From Felis catus (Eukaryota): 64,000 nt of DNA. This document shows, one piece after another, positions 13,129 through 25,330 of this stretch. Numbering within the stretch: the first letter of the stretch is position 1; every line of letters starts with the position of its first letter. The notes beneath the pieces are model-generated. The model did not search any database and was not told the DNA's origin. It was given only the letters and a program-made list of their open reading frames with translations. A program made the position numbers and the translations under genes. The stretch lies in assembly GCF_018350175.1 (NCBI RefSeq), contig NC_058368.1, forward strand, positions 115,570,001 through 115,634,000. Direction: 5' to 3'.

Positions 13129-13719
13129 TAAGTATGGCCAGAAAAGTACCTGTGGTGGGGTGGAGATGTTTGTGTCTCAGATCTTAACTCAGGGCTGAGT
13201 CAGATATTTAAAATGAAGTTCTAATATACTGACCTGGGAACAGAAAGAAGAGTGTTTACATCAAGTGTCTATAAGTGGAAGATGCTGATCTTATCTCTCA
13301 TTGTTTCAAATGACTCCCACTGTCTAGAAAAACTTCTCTAGTTTATTTTCTACCAGCCTCATGTCTCCTGTTTGGCTTTTGACTTACAAAAGCCTGTCTT
13401 TGGTAGGTATTTGTAACTGAGTGGGAAAAGGGAATTGATTTTCTACCATTTGGCATAATCTAAAAAGAAAGTTACTACAACAAGACATGAAAGCTCCAAA
13501 TTTCCTTTAAAAACAAATCTTAATGTAGAATTTACATGTTTTTAAAAAAATTTACGTATTTTACAATTGTACTATGAATTATTGAAGAGTGGTCAGAATA
13601 TTGAAAAAGATAGTAACTGAAAGTTCTAATTTTTTAATTTTGTGCATTCATGTAAGACTGTAGGAGGCAATAGGTGGGAAATTATGGATCATTTTCTAAA
13701 GTCAAAAGGATTATGAATT

Positions 13720-15262
13720 GGGGCACCTGGGTGGCTCAGTCGGTAGGGCGTCCAACTTCAGCTCAGGTCATGATCTCGAGGTTCATGAGTTCAAATGCAG
13801 AGCACACTTCAGATCCTCTGTCCCCCTCTCTCCCCCCTCCCCCACTTGTGTTCTCTCAAAAATAAATAAAACATTTTTTTAAATTAAAAAGGATTAAGAA
13901 TTATTTGAATTCTGTTGGATTAGAGAGTCTTACAGATAGTATATTTTTAAATGGAGCTACACCAGCAATGAGGGAATTTAACTGCAACTGGTTCTTAGTT
14001 TAGTTTTGTCTGTGTTTAGGTCTGAATGGTATCTATAGTCATGTATTTCTGGCTGCATTCAGAATAAAATTAGATCCTGCTTTTTTCTATTTGTGAATAC
14101 ATCCACAATTTTTTTTTTAAGACTTAACAAACATTTTTTTAAGTAATCTGTACACCCATCATGGAGCTTGAACTCACAACCTTGAGATATGTCAAGTTGC
14201 ATGCTCTACTGACTGAGTCAGACAGGTGCCCCACACAAGTTAACTTGTTATATAGTATTTTTTTTTTAATACTTACTTTTGAAAGAGAGAGAGAGAGAGA
14301 CAGAGCATGAGTGGAAGAGGGGCAGAGAGAGAGGGAGACACAGAATGTGAAGCAGGCTCCAGGCTCTGAGCTCTTAGCACAGAGCCTGACGTGGGGCTCG
14401 AACTCACGAACCCCAAGTTCATGACCTGAACTGAAGTCAGGTGCTTAACTGATTGAGCCCCCCAGGCACCTGAATATGTTGTATTTATTTTTGAGGGAGA
14501 GGGTGTGGGAGGTGCAGAGAGACGGCGGGGGCGGCGGGGGGGGGGGGGGGGGCGGTGGATAGAGGATCTGAAGTGAGCTCTGCACCGACAGCAGCAAGCC
14601 CAATGCAGGGCTCAGACTTACCATCCATGAGATCATGACCTGAGCTGAAGTGGACTGTCAACCACCTGAGCCACCCAGGAGCCCCCACACAAATAAACTT
14701 TTAATGAGAGACCTATTTTGTCCAGTATCTAGGTGGGCATGAATGCCTACCAAGAGGCATTTTCCAAGTGATTGTAGTGGTATTGTTCACTGAACTTTTC
14801 CTGCATCTCTTTTTAAACAAAGAATCTTCTGCCCTGCTTATTTTACTACTAGACTGTTCTGGAGCAATAAACCCATTCAGTTTTAGCAACCACATTTTTA
14901 GGAAAATATTACATGAATTTAATCACTATTGGTATATGATTTTAAGAACCATATATAATGTAGAATTATGTAGTTTTAAAAATTCCAAATAAATGAATCA
15001 GGGACTGAAGATCTTTCTTAGAAATAGGTCAGTCATTGGGGCTCCTGGGTGGCTCAGTCAGTATCTGACTGTTGGTTTTGGTTCAGGTTATGCTCTCATG
15101 GTTCATGGGTTTGAGCCTTGCGTCAGGCTCTGTGCTGTCTCTGTGCTTGGGATTCTTTCTCCCCCACTGCTCTCTCCCCTGCTTTCTGCACTCGCTCGCT
15201 CTCTCTCTGTCTCTCTCTCTCTCTTTCTCACAAAATAAATAATAAAATGAAAAAAAAAAAAA
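13720..15262. mobile_element. Can-SINEs in the last UBE2D2 intron: + ~13720-13888; - ~14110-14232, ~14258-14470, ~14475-14686; + ~15037-15262
   Basis: Recognisable Can-SINE heads, (CT)n/(AG)n bodies and A/T tails. Confidence 0.87.
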
Positions 15263-15528
15263 GGAAATGGGTCAGTCAAATATAGAATAAAGGTGTACCA
15301 CCAAATGCTAACATGTAATCAGAATCCTATTAGTAGCATTTAAAGGACATTGTTTTGGGTTTTACAGCCTTTTCCCACCATCACTGACTAAATGCTTAAT
15401 AGAAATTTAGAAGTCTTTGCTAGACTACTACTAGTTAGTCCCTTCAAGTTATTAGATAGGATAATGAATGAAATCTGTTGCTTTCTGACTCCACCTGTGT
15501 TAAGCCACGCTTCTCTTTGTGTGTACAG

Positions 15529-15574
15529 GTACAACAGAATAGCTCGGGAATGGACTCAGAAGTATGCGATGTAA
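15529..15574 (+). CDS. UBE2D2: UBE2D2 terminal coding exon: (K)YNRIAREWTQKYAM*
   Basis: CAG acceptor ending at 15528 and TAA at 15572-15574. The C-terminus YNRIAREWTQKYAM is the UBE2D2 form. The five exons total 356 nt, leaving 88 coding nt upstream of the window for a 147-aa protein. Confidence 0.96.
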
Positions 15575-16425
15575 TTAAAGAAATTATTGGATAACCTCTA
15601 CAAATAAAGATAGGGGAACTCTGAAAGAGAAAGTCCTTTTGATTTCCATTTGACTGCTTTCTATGAGCCCACGCCTCATCTTCCCCTGTGCACATGTTTA
15701 CCTGATACAGCAGTGCTGCGTGTTGTACATACTTGGAACAACAAACTAGAAATACTGTACTTCTGTACCAACATTGCCTCCTAGCAGAGAAGTGTGTGTG
15801 TGACAAGCCAGTTCTCCAAGCGTAACCTAGGTGTGAAACTAAAAGTTTTCCTTACTGACTTAAATTTGGATAACGGCAAGGTGAGGGGTGGTGGGTATGG
15901 TGTGTGCTTGGATGGGGAAGAAAAGCTCCACTGACCTGTAGGAGATTGTTTTTAAGTGGAATCCTTTTAAACTCAAAACAGTTATGAAAAGCAAGGCGAA
16001 GAACACGAAGCTGTTTCTGTATTCATTTTATTCCGAAGGACCTCCGTCTTAGGTGAAAGTTATGACCAACCAGATTAAACTCTACCCACATCCTGTATTT
16101 TAAGGTCTAAGTTTAACTGGTCAACATTTAAATGGATTGGAGCTATTAGTACATAAAGTGTGATGGGCTTTGTTCCCACATCTTTTGCATCTCCCCACCC
16201 TTCAACCTTTGTCCTTTCAGCCCCTTTCTCTCTTCCACATTCTTTGGTTTGTATGTGGTTTCTCAGTTAATACATAGCTAATAGCTCTTATTTTTCTTAT
16301 GTTTTTAACTGCTTAGGTCTATCTGGATGTAAGGGTGAAAATTCATTTGATGGAAATACTTGTGTATATTTAAAGACCCAATTGCTCCCCTGGAGCTTGT
16401 ACGTTCAAGAATGATTAATCTGTGT

Positions 16426-16431
16426 AATAAA
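16426..16431 (+). terminator. Probable proximal/alternative polyadenylation signal of UBE2D2
   Basis: AATAAA overlapping an upstream TGTA, with downstream TTTTGTGTG. Confidence 0.5.
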
Positions 16432-17172
16432 CTGATTACTACAGTCATTACATATAATTTTGTGTGAATAGGCCTTTTGATTTTAAGAACTTTGTCTAGC
16501 AGAGATTAGTGGTGGGTTTTCCCCCACCCCTAAAATGTTTTCATTTATACTGGTTGCATTTCAAAATCATGAAACAATTCCAGTTTACATAGTCAAAAGG
16601 ATATCTTGAAAGTAATTTTACCGAACAAGGGCATAAGCTTAAAAGCATTTCCATGAAACTTACACGTGCAGTATTCCAGGAACATGACTGTTAAACTAAA
16701 TAAGAAATTTGCTTTATTAATGAAACTAAGCTGCATTTCACCAAAACCTTGTGACATTCCCTTGGTACATAGGACATAAAACAAAGGCATTGCTATTTGG
16801 TAAGTTAAGCTTCTGTGATTGTGATTGTAAAAGAGCAACATTGACCAAACCTGGGAAACATGAGCACAATCTTGTATTGGAGAGTCTACATAATTACTTT
16901 GCACTGACATTGCAGGATGTTCATCCAATTTTAAATTGTACTGTATGTGGCTTTTTGAAGTCTTCCCTTGACTCTAGTAAATTGTAGTTTGAAACTTGTA
17001 AACAACTGTGTTTGCCAGAAACATCATTCGTGTGAACTAGGCAAGTTACTTTTTTTTCATCTCCTTCTCCTAATCTGATTGTAAACCAGGCCATCCTGAA
17101 GGCCATGGCTGATGCTCTCCAGCCATCAGGTTCTTTCAAATGCATCTTTACACTCTTGCACAAAAATTGAGG

Positions 17173-17178
17173 AATAAA
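17173..17178 (+). terminator. Probable distal polyadenylation signal of UBE2D2
   Basis: AATAAA followed by TCCACTGCTTTTGGTTTT and further T/GT-rich sequence. Confidence 0.6.
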
Positions 17179-17968
17179 TGTCCACTGCTTTTGGTTTTAA
17201 ACTTGTTTAACTTGTCTTATCTCTCAGTGTCACTATCCCCATCTCAGAACTGAAGTGTGCTATAACCTGAAACCTCTTGAACTGCTGCTTAGCTGCTGGC
17301 TACTTACTAGCATTTCTAGCATTCTTGACCTTGCAAAGAAGGTTTGGCTGTTAACCAGCTGTGGGGAAAGGAGTTAGCATTGAGCTCTAACCTAAAATTG
17401 CCCTGTATTCTCAGTATTATTGGCAGGTGGGAATTCATCAGTTTTGGATTTGCTGTTAACTAGCCCGGTGACTGTGTGGGTCATTTGCACAGATCCTGAA
17501 AGCCCCATTCTTTGTCATCTTCAAGAGCAGCCAGCTCATTACCATTGATTATGTCATAACGTAGATACTTTCACAGGAGTGCTCTTAAGCATTTCTAAGT
17601 GCTAAATAAAAGCCATCATCTGGCATATAGATACCAAATGAAAGGGTTTGAATGGTCATAAACAATTAGGCCCTTGAATGCAGTTTGGTGTTGCTTATTT
17701 GAATATAGGGCATATTTGGTCCAGTCTGTATCCATGTGCCTTGGCCAGAACAAAGTCTCATTGAGGGAGGCCACCTTCCCCAGTCATAAAAAATGTGTGT
17801 TAACTTAGGGTGGTTCTTGTCTGGGATCAGATTGCTTTTTACAGGAATGTCTCCAGCTTTATCACATGTGAAAGCTTATTTGTAGTAACCCTGAGTGTCT
17901 TGGTGAGGCAGTGGTTCCCCAGTGTATCAAAATTGATAAGTGTATGAGTTCCCTTTGCTTCTTAGTTC

Positions 17969-19025
17969 TTTTTTTTTTTTTTTTTTTAAGATTGATTGAT
18001 TGATTTGTTTATGAGAGGGAGAGAGAGCAAATCCCAGGTAGGCTTCACACTATAAGCACAGAGCCTGACATGGGGCTTGAACCTAGGAACCGCAAGATCA
18101 TAACCTGAGCTGAAACCAAAAGTCAGACTCTTAACCTACTGAGCCACCCAGGCTCCCTGCTTCTTAATTCTTAACATGGAATGCCTTGGACAAGTTAGAG
18201 TTGGAGCAGTCCCTCTTGATAAAACCACATGATTTCAGATATTTGCATGCTCTGTTATTGGCCAGTGGTCAAAGGTAGCATTGTCCTGTTAGTTTCTACA
18301 CTTTGGATAATACACAAACTTGGAAGGAGAGCTCTTGGGTTAGGGAATGGAGGGAGGTCTGTAGAGAGAAGGATATGGTAGTGGTCAGAGGGAGGGACCG
18401 TGTTCTCTGTAGTGACCTAGTGATAGAAGCATTCCTTTCCCATTTCCAATGGCTACAGTATTCCCCTTTTTTCCCCCATTTCTTTTTGCCTTACCAGGTT
18501 ATTTTGAGCCCTAGGTATATTATCAGGAGAAATGAATTATTTCTAGATTACTGCTGGAATGCCTATAAACTGTCCCTTGTCTGCAATTAAGGTGAAACTG
18601 GCTTTTGTCTCATTCTGCTATACCATACTCCCTAATACCCGGTGGCTTTAATAGAAGAACTTTAGTTCCTGGGTCTCCTGAATTGTGAACATATCTTTCC
18701 TTCCTTCCTTTAGTCCTTCCTTCCTACTCAGGAATAAGCATCTTTATTACCTCATAGAAAATTGTCACTAGTATTAGGGACCCATCTTCTTTTGATTCCC
18801 TTTGTGAAACACTTCATTTCAAGTGATGGGTTATTTTGGTGGATGTGAGGTTATACAAGGGAACGCAGATTTTTTCCCCCAAACATACATACATACAGGT
18901 AGAGAGTGAGTGGGGGAGGGGCAGAGAATTTCGATGCGGGGCTCAAACCCATGAGGGTGCAAGATCATGACCTGAGCCAAAATCAAGAGTTGGACACTTA
19001 ACTGGCTGGGCCACCCAGGCACCCC
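17969..19025 (-). mobile_element. Two separate minus-strand Can-SINEs (~17969-18157 and ~18870-19025)
   Basis: T-tails and GAGCCACCCAGG(C/T)xCCC ends. The first has TSD-like TGCTTCTTA(G/A)TTCTT. Confidence 0.85.
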
Positions 19026-20883
19026 AGAGAACGCGGATTTTTAATATGAAAATAACTGAAGGTAGCACACTTTCCAAATATACATACATTCATATACATC
19101 CAAAAGGGAAAATAAATTTCCTTTGGGATGCTCCTGGAGCCTCTTTTCTACTTAATTTTTCCTTATGTTTTACCCGCACTTAGATGAAAAGTGGTTGTGA
19201 GTTCTCTACTCCACAAAACTGCCTTAAAAGCCTTCAAAGCTCCAGCTGCTAAGTAGTTGGTCTTCAGGCTCCTTTGAATATTTCCAAGTCAATTCCTGGG
19301 TCTGGCCATGGGATCACTTTGTCATGTTTAATATTCATGAAACAACTACATTGCTCCATTGTTGCCTCCATATTTTACCTTAGTTGATAAGAGTGGGAAA
19401 GCTCAAGGGTTGGGACTGTCTAAAGCTTTTAAGTCCTTGGGCCTTAGTGGCTGAATGTATAACATGATCACCGACCAGCTTTGGCTTTTCTTTTTGACTG
19501 TTCCTGGACTGGTTGAATCAGAGTTAGACATTTTTGTGACAAGTGGTCACTTTCCATCTCTGGATTACTTGTGGAGCTGCACCTGATCAGAGGCTGAGTA
19601 TAATACGCCTCTTAACAGATAGGGAACTGTATGAATATCTTAGCACCAAGGTGGCCTCTTAATAGTTTTTTATTGAGTGGGGGTTTTTGTTTTTAACCTC
19701 CTCTGTAAGTTGTTATTGGTAGAATGGCCTTTTCTGAGGCTGGGGCTCCTGAGTGCCCAGGCTAAGGTGTCTGACTGCTGTCCAGGGAAGAGCAGCTCCG
19801 GCCTTGGTGTGCTCCTTTCAGACTTTTCCTGAGGATATTAGGAGAAATAGCTACCGTTTTCTCAGGCACCTCTGTCCTTTGCTTTGAGCTACTTGTCCTA
19901 TTTGAATGTCTTCCTCAGTACTTAAAAAAACGGACTCTTAAAGGATATTCCTCTGACTTAAACTGTAGTGCTGCTAGAAAATGAGTAGAGACGGTTTAGT
20001 TTCCTGTCCTCAGGATCAACTACTCCCCCAAATTGTCAGCTTTCTCAGCTTTTAAGTTTTCCATAGGAAGTGAGGGTAGCTTTAGACGCTCCAAAGCTCC
20101 TTCTTGGGCCCCCTGACTTCGAAGTTTCTAGAAACAGCTCAAATACAACCTGACATTTGGGCTTTAGAATCCGCACCGTCTCATGGATGCGAGAGTTGGG
20201 TCATGCTTGAGATAGTTGGCAAAAGCTAGGCTACCTACTTGACTGCAAGGGTGTCTGTAGCTTCTCCCAGCTAATTAAGGAGCCGTACTGGTTAGGTCTT
20301 TCTGGGCAGTTTCCCTGCCTTCAGATGGCATTGCTGCCATCTTTGAAAAGTGTGGCTCCTTGCAGGGTGCTGCACTAAAAATTGAGGGCGGCTGGCCTTG
20401 TTTAAGAGGGCATCCAGGATTTCCCCTCACCTGCTGCACTGTGACAGAGGGATCCAAGGCTTTCTCAGGACTGCCAGAGAAATTGAGCTTTTCTCTAAGT
20501 ATGGCCCCAGGCCATCTCCTGGTCTTCCTCTAGAGGAGACAAGGAGAGGGCATAAGAATGGGTATGGGGAGGTTCTGGTGCATTGTAACAGGTTATGGGG
20601 CAGATACTGTTTCCATGAGGGTGGGTTCAACCTCTATAGAAAGGGCATTTCCTTTTGAAGTTTAAGATGTAAACTTTGGGGGAGGGGGCAGGATTCCTTT
20701 GTAATTTCTCCTCTGACACTGTCTCTGTTTGTCCCTGCTTATCCTGCCCCCTGCTGCCCTCTAACTTTAGGTGACAGTTGGATGGGTTTCAGTTACTGTG
20801 CCCGCAGATGGAGGAGGTGACTAAAGTGCATTTTGCTTGAGTAGGGGTGTGAGCTGCTATCTGAGTGGATGCTAGTGCCTGAG

Positions 20884-20902
20884 TGGCCAGCAGAGGGCAG
20901 TG
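20884..20902 (+). promoter_or_regulatory. CTCF core motif (candidate insulator/loop anchor)
   Basis: TGGCCAGCAGAGGGCAGTG fits the CTCF consensus TGGCCASYAGRKGGCRSYR at every position. Confidence 0.7.
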
Positions 20903-23900
20903 GTGACCCATGGCTGTTAAAACCGTGAGGTGGGTGGTCAGTAAATCTGCTTGGACAGAACCTGAGAGGGGCTTTTGTTGGGGTGGGGAGGCCTATTTGT
21001 GCTTAGCTTTGTCACAGTTTATCCAGAACTGGATGGACCAATATCTAGCTCAGTCAGGCCCTGTCATAGCCTTAGTCACAGCAAGGGAACAGGCCCCAAA
21101 GGCTGCCAAAAGTGTCAAACTACCAGATCCCCTCTCTCCTCTCCATTGGTAGAGTAGCCATATCCCTAGGTTGTAGACAGGTTAGTAGGGTCCAGGGCAT
21201 GGCCCTTTGCCCACCTGCCTACAGGTTGCATGGGAGTAAAGGTCCTGTCCATCACTTCATATGAATAATGAGATCTCATATTTTGGCAGTTCTCTTGCCA
21301 TTCCCCAGAGGCAAGCAGTCCCTGTCACTCCAGCCAACCAGCCCAGTCTCATCTGCCTGCCCACCTACTCTGGGCAACAAGGACATGTTTTCATACCCTG
21401 AGGGATGGAGGCCTAGGGGCAGGAGGAACAGAGCTGGGGACTGACTGGTTGATAGGGCTCTGGCCTTCCCTTGTTTGTTTTAATCTATCTTGTGTTTGAG
21501 GGCTCCAGGCTCCCCAGTCTTCCAGCCCAACAGCTGTGAGCCTCCAGGGCCACTACCCAGAAGCCAGCTGCCTCTTCTTGGGGAATTCTTTGAAATTCCA
21601 GTCTTGGCCATCTGGATATGCAAATGTCTCCAGATTTGCTGAACCCTCCAAGTGGCTACACCCTAGGCAGAGTTGTGAGAATTCACCACCACTATCCCCA
21701 GATGGGGAAACCTGCCTAGGGGCTGTTGGTGCCTGGAACCCAGGTTTTCAACTACTGAAAGACAGACTGTAACAGTGGGGGAGAGAGGAGTCTTGAGGGC
21801 TCCCCAGATCCTACTCTAGTTTCTAACTATATAAGGGGATTTTGCGTTCAAAGGATGAGTTGAGAGTCCCTGGAGGTCCTTTCTAGAGAGCTGAGGCTCT
21901 GGGCCCAAGAAAGTCCCCATCATGAAGCCTTGGGTCTAGCCTGGCCGGTGGGTTGGGAGCTATCTGCAGGGAAAGTTCCTGATTTCCTACCCTGCCAGAG
22001 CCAGGCAATAGAGCTGGACTCATGCAGCCCAGAGTAGGGCCAGCAGCCTGGCCCCCAGAATGCCTTGCTCTCCCCCAGGCCTCCCCCTGGGGCTGGTTAT
22101 CTGGCTGCAGCAGGAGGAATGTGTGCTCTGAGTGGGGAAGGGGGGTGGTCAGGGTCAGGGCGGAAACCTGGGAATGTGGACTCCCTGCCTGCCCCTGTCC
22201 CTGTTAGAGGGAGGGAACCTTGGAGAATGTGGCTGACAGGCTCCAGGCGTGGGAGAGTGTAGGTCTGCTTGTGTGTGTGAATATGTGCTGGAGGGGTCTG
22301 CGTGCGTGTGTGTGTGTGTGTGTGAACTTGTGAGAATTGTGAGCATGGACATTCCTTAGTGTTTATGTACATGGGTATGAGCATAAGCTGTGTAGCTTAT
22401 GGGTTCAAATCTGGGTTTGAATCACAGGCCATGACTTTTCAATTGTATATTCTTGGGCGCCTACTTTTTCTCTCCTTTACTTGATTTTCTAATCTAGAAA
22501 AGGGCACCTGGCCCTTAGGCAATGCTTGGTGGAAAATGGCCTTATCAAGTTGAAGGCTGTGGCTTTTGGGTGCTTATGAGTTCTCAGGGAGGTATGCATG
22601 GACAATAAGACATCATTCCTGGATTCCTGTAGAAGCCAGAGATTTTCCCCTCTTCACGGCAGGATCAGCTCCTGACATACCCAGGGACTTGGGGCAGGCT
22701 GTCTGGGCCTCTTTGGGACCCACAGCTCACACACCCACTTGGTAAGACCTGCGAGAGTGTGCCAATAAACACAATGGGCAGACATTTGGATGGACATACC
22801 TGGCCAGCCCATGTGTCCCTGAACAGGGTTTGTCTGTCCCTCTGCTTCTCTTGGGGGACAAAAGGGGAGTCCATCTACCCCTTATGGTGAATAAAAGTCT
22901 AGAGAGGGGGTGGGAGGAGTTACCTCCAGCCACCTGGGATTGAGGGGTCCTGTGGAAGGAGGCCAGACTTCTGCAAGCTGTTTCCCAGCCCTACCTGAAG
23001 GATGAGGCTAAGGGATGAGCCATGGGTGATTGTCGAATTGCGCACAGCCCAGGGTCCCTGCTTTCCCCCCATCCTAGGTCAGAGGCTAATAGCCTCTGTC
23101 TTACAATTCTCTCCCTAAAGAGTGTGTGTGTGCATTGTGTGCATATATGCATGTACATGTACCCATGTACACATGAGATTTGGGAGTCAGGAGTTCTTGG
23201 AGTCTGCTGACAGAACTTGGGATCCCAGCACAGAGAGGTTGGGGAATTATCCAAGGTCACACAGCTGGGCAAAACTAGGGAATGTTCATAGTCTTCCTGG
23301 GTAGAGCCTTTAGGGGGAGCTCCCTGGCTACAAGGTTTGAAGCCCCTGGGATGGCCCAGGCTTTCACTGGAGGAAGTGAGGGCTACAGCCCAGCTGGCCC
23401 TATAGTGGAACCACAGGAGTGGCCTATAAGGGTGTGTTGAAGGAATGACAGATCTTGGCCCTGCTCCCACACACATGCACTGCTGGGAATGGGGGGGTTG
23501 AAATTGCTGAGATCAGTGGCCAACCCTGTTTCCTGCTTTGGATTTGGAATAGAAAGGGCTTTTCCGAGGGCCCTGGAACTGATGTCTCAGTTTCTGCATG
23601 GGGAAATGGAGAAAGGGATTAATTAGAGAGGGTCCTTAAGGAGACTATGTTAGAGGTCTGGGGCCATATGTAACAGAGTAGATTGCTACTGGGTGAGAGG
23701 TGCTTTGTGTTCTACAACTCGGTGAGAGTGACAGGAAATTGGGCCAGTAGCTATGCACTAGTTGAGTTGCACCTGGTGAGAGATTGGGGGTGGTTTCCCC
23801 ACCAGAGCCCCAGAGTGTGTGCTAGGCATGGCTCCGTAGTAGGGAAAGTGGTAACGTATGACCACTGTTGTGGCTAAGTGTAGCAGCATTAGTTGTGTTT

Positions 23901-24854
23901 GTGGCACTTGAGTAGTGTTTCCCAGGTGTGTGTGATGGCAGAACTAGTTTTGTTGCTGGGATGAATCAGGTTCCTGGAAGGGAATGAACCTACCGGAGAG
24001 AGTGAGGCTATTTTAGTAGTTACAGTCATTATATTGATAGGACTCACTAATAACTATTAATAATGATCCTGAGACCCTCTGTGGTTTGAGTGCTCACCAT
24101 GTGCCTGGCCCTGTGCTAAGTGCTCACCTGGGAGAAGAAGCTCATTTAGTTATGTCAGAACCCTGTGAGTTAATGCCGTGTTGCCTGCGCCCCAGTATTT
24201 GTTTATTGTGCCACATTATATCCTCCTCTGGGGATGCCATGCAGCTGCATCTGTGTCTTATTTGCTAGGTGCCACTTGTGGTGCTGTGTGGCCTTGTTGT
24301 GTACTTAGGCTCTTGATCCTGTCATGTTGCCAATATGGGGCACAACTGCATTGTTGCATAGCATGACACCCAATTTGACAATGTTCCTTGAGGTGGTGGT
24401 GAAGATGTGTAATTTGGCTGTGTGACTTTCTTGCTTTGTTGTGTGACTTTGTTGTGCAGCCAGAGTATGCAGCTCCCTACTGTTGCCTGGTTTGAGACCA
24501 GCAAGTGGAATGTATTACTCATTTTGTGTCCTGGGGATGCTGTAGGTGTCTGGCATAGGGCCATAGGTTGTGGTGGTACAAGGGCCTGTTGTGAGTGGCA
24601 GGGTGAACTGGTTGTATGATAATGTGTCTATGGTTGTGTCTGGACACTATTGTGTGTGTCCACGTGAACCATTTGTGTAACCCTTGTGTCAAGACTTGTG
24701 GCACAAACTGTTGTGTGGTGTAACTCCCATGTAGTTACTGTACCTCCTTTGTGGTGGCAGTGCCCCTTAGTGATGTTTCTCTAACTACGTATTGTGTGTC
24801 CGTGTGACCCCCTCTGTGCTGCTGTCTCCCTTTGCAAGTCTGTGTGTTGTTTGA

Positions 24855-25330
24855 CCTCGGTGCGGATGCCCCCACCTCCGCCGGCCCGCCGCCCCTCCCC
24901 CACGCCGTCCGCCAGCGCCGCTTGGCGATCGATCGCCATTGATTGTCCCTGACGAGCTGCTCCACTTTCCAGCCAATGTCAGGAGGGGGGATCTCCGCCG
25001 CCCTGGCGGTGTCATTTCCACACACTCCCTGGGCTGCCGCCAGCGCGGGCGTCGCCAAGAGCCGGCCTGGATCGCCTAGAGCACGGACCGGACCGCCCAC
25101 ACCTTGCCAGGACACCCCCGACGGGGCGGCCTGACCCCCGCTTGTAACCCTGCACCCAGGGCCCCCTTTTCCGGGTGCGTGGATGTTGTTCCCACAAGAC
25201 TTTGGGCTGAGCCCGAGGAGGAGAAGGAGAAAGAGGGGGCCAGTTAGTGCTCCCGGGTGGGGGCATGCACGGGCTCCTTCCTGCGGGGAGGCGCCGGCAG
25301 GCCAACTTTGCGGGGGCCCAAACAGATGCT
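24855..25330. promoter_or_regulatory. Orphan CpG island about 11.5 kb upstream of the CXXC5 promoter (candidate enhancer or non-coding promoter)
   Basis: Abrupt high CpG density, GC boxes, CCAAT at 24973-24977 and a 16-bp palindrome at 24923-24938. Confidence 0.75.

Larger units (their letters stand above)
15575..17200 (+). other. UBE2D2: UBE2D2 3' UTR (end approximate)
   Basis: Repeat-free AU-rich sequence after the stop codon. AATAAA at 15603-15608, 16426-16431 and 17173-17178, the last followed by a U/GU-rich tract. Confidence 0.75.

Noticed and set aside
15392..15528. N-terminal part of the 60-aa ORF ending in YNRIAREWTQKYAM
   Set aside because: Intronic sequence upstream of the acceptor at 15528. 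Only 15529-15574 is coding.
24990..25012. CTCF-like CCGCCAGGGCGGCGG in the orphan island, and similar partial matches at ~39090 and 55824-55837
   Set aside because: Core mismatches, and such partial matches are common in GC-rich DNA.
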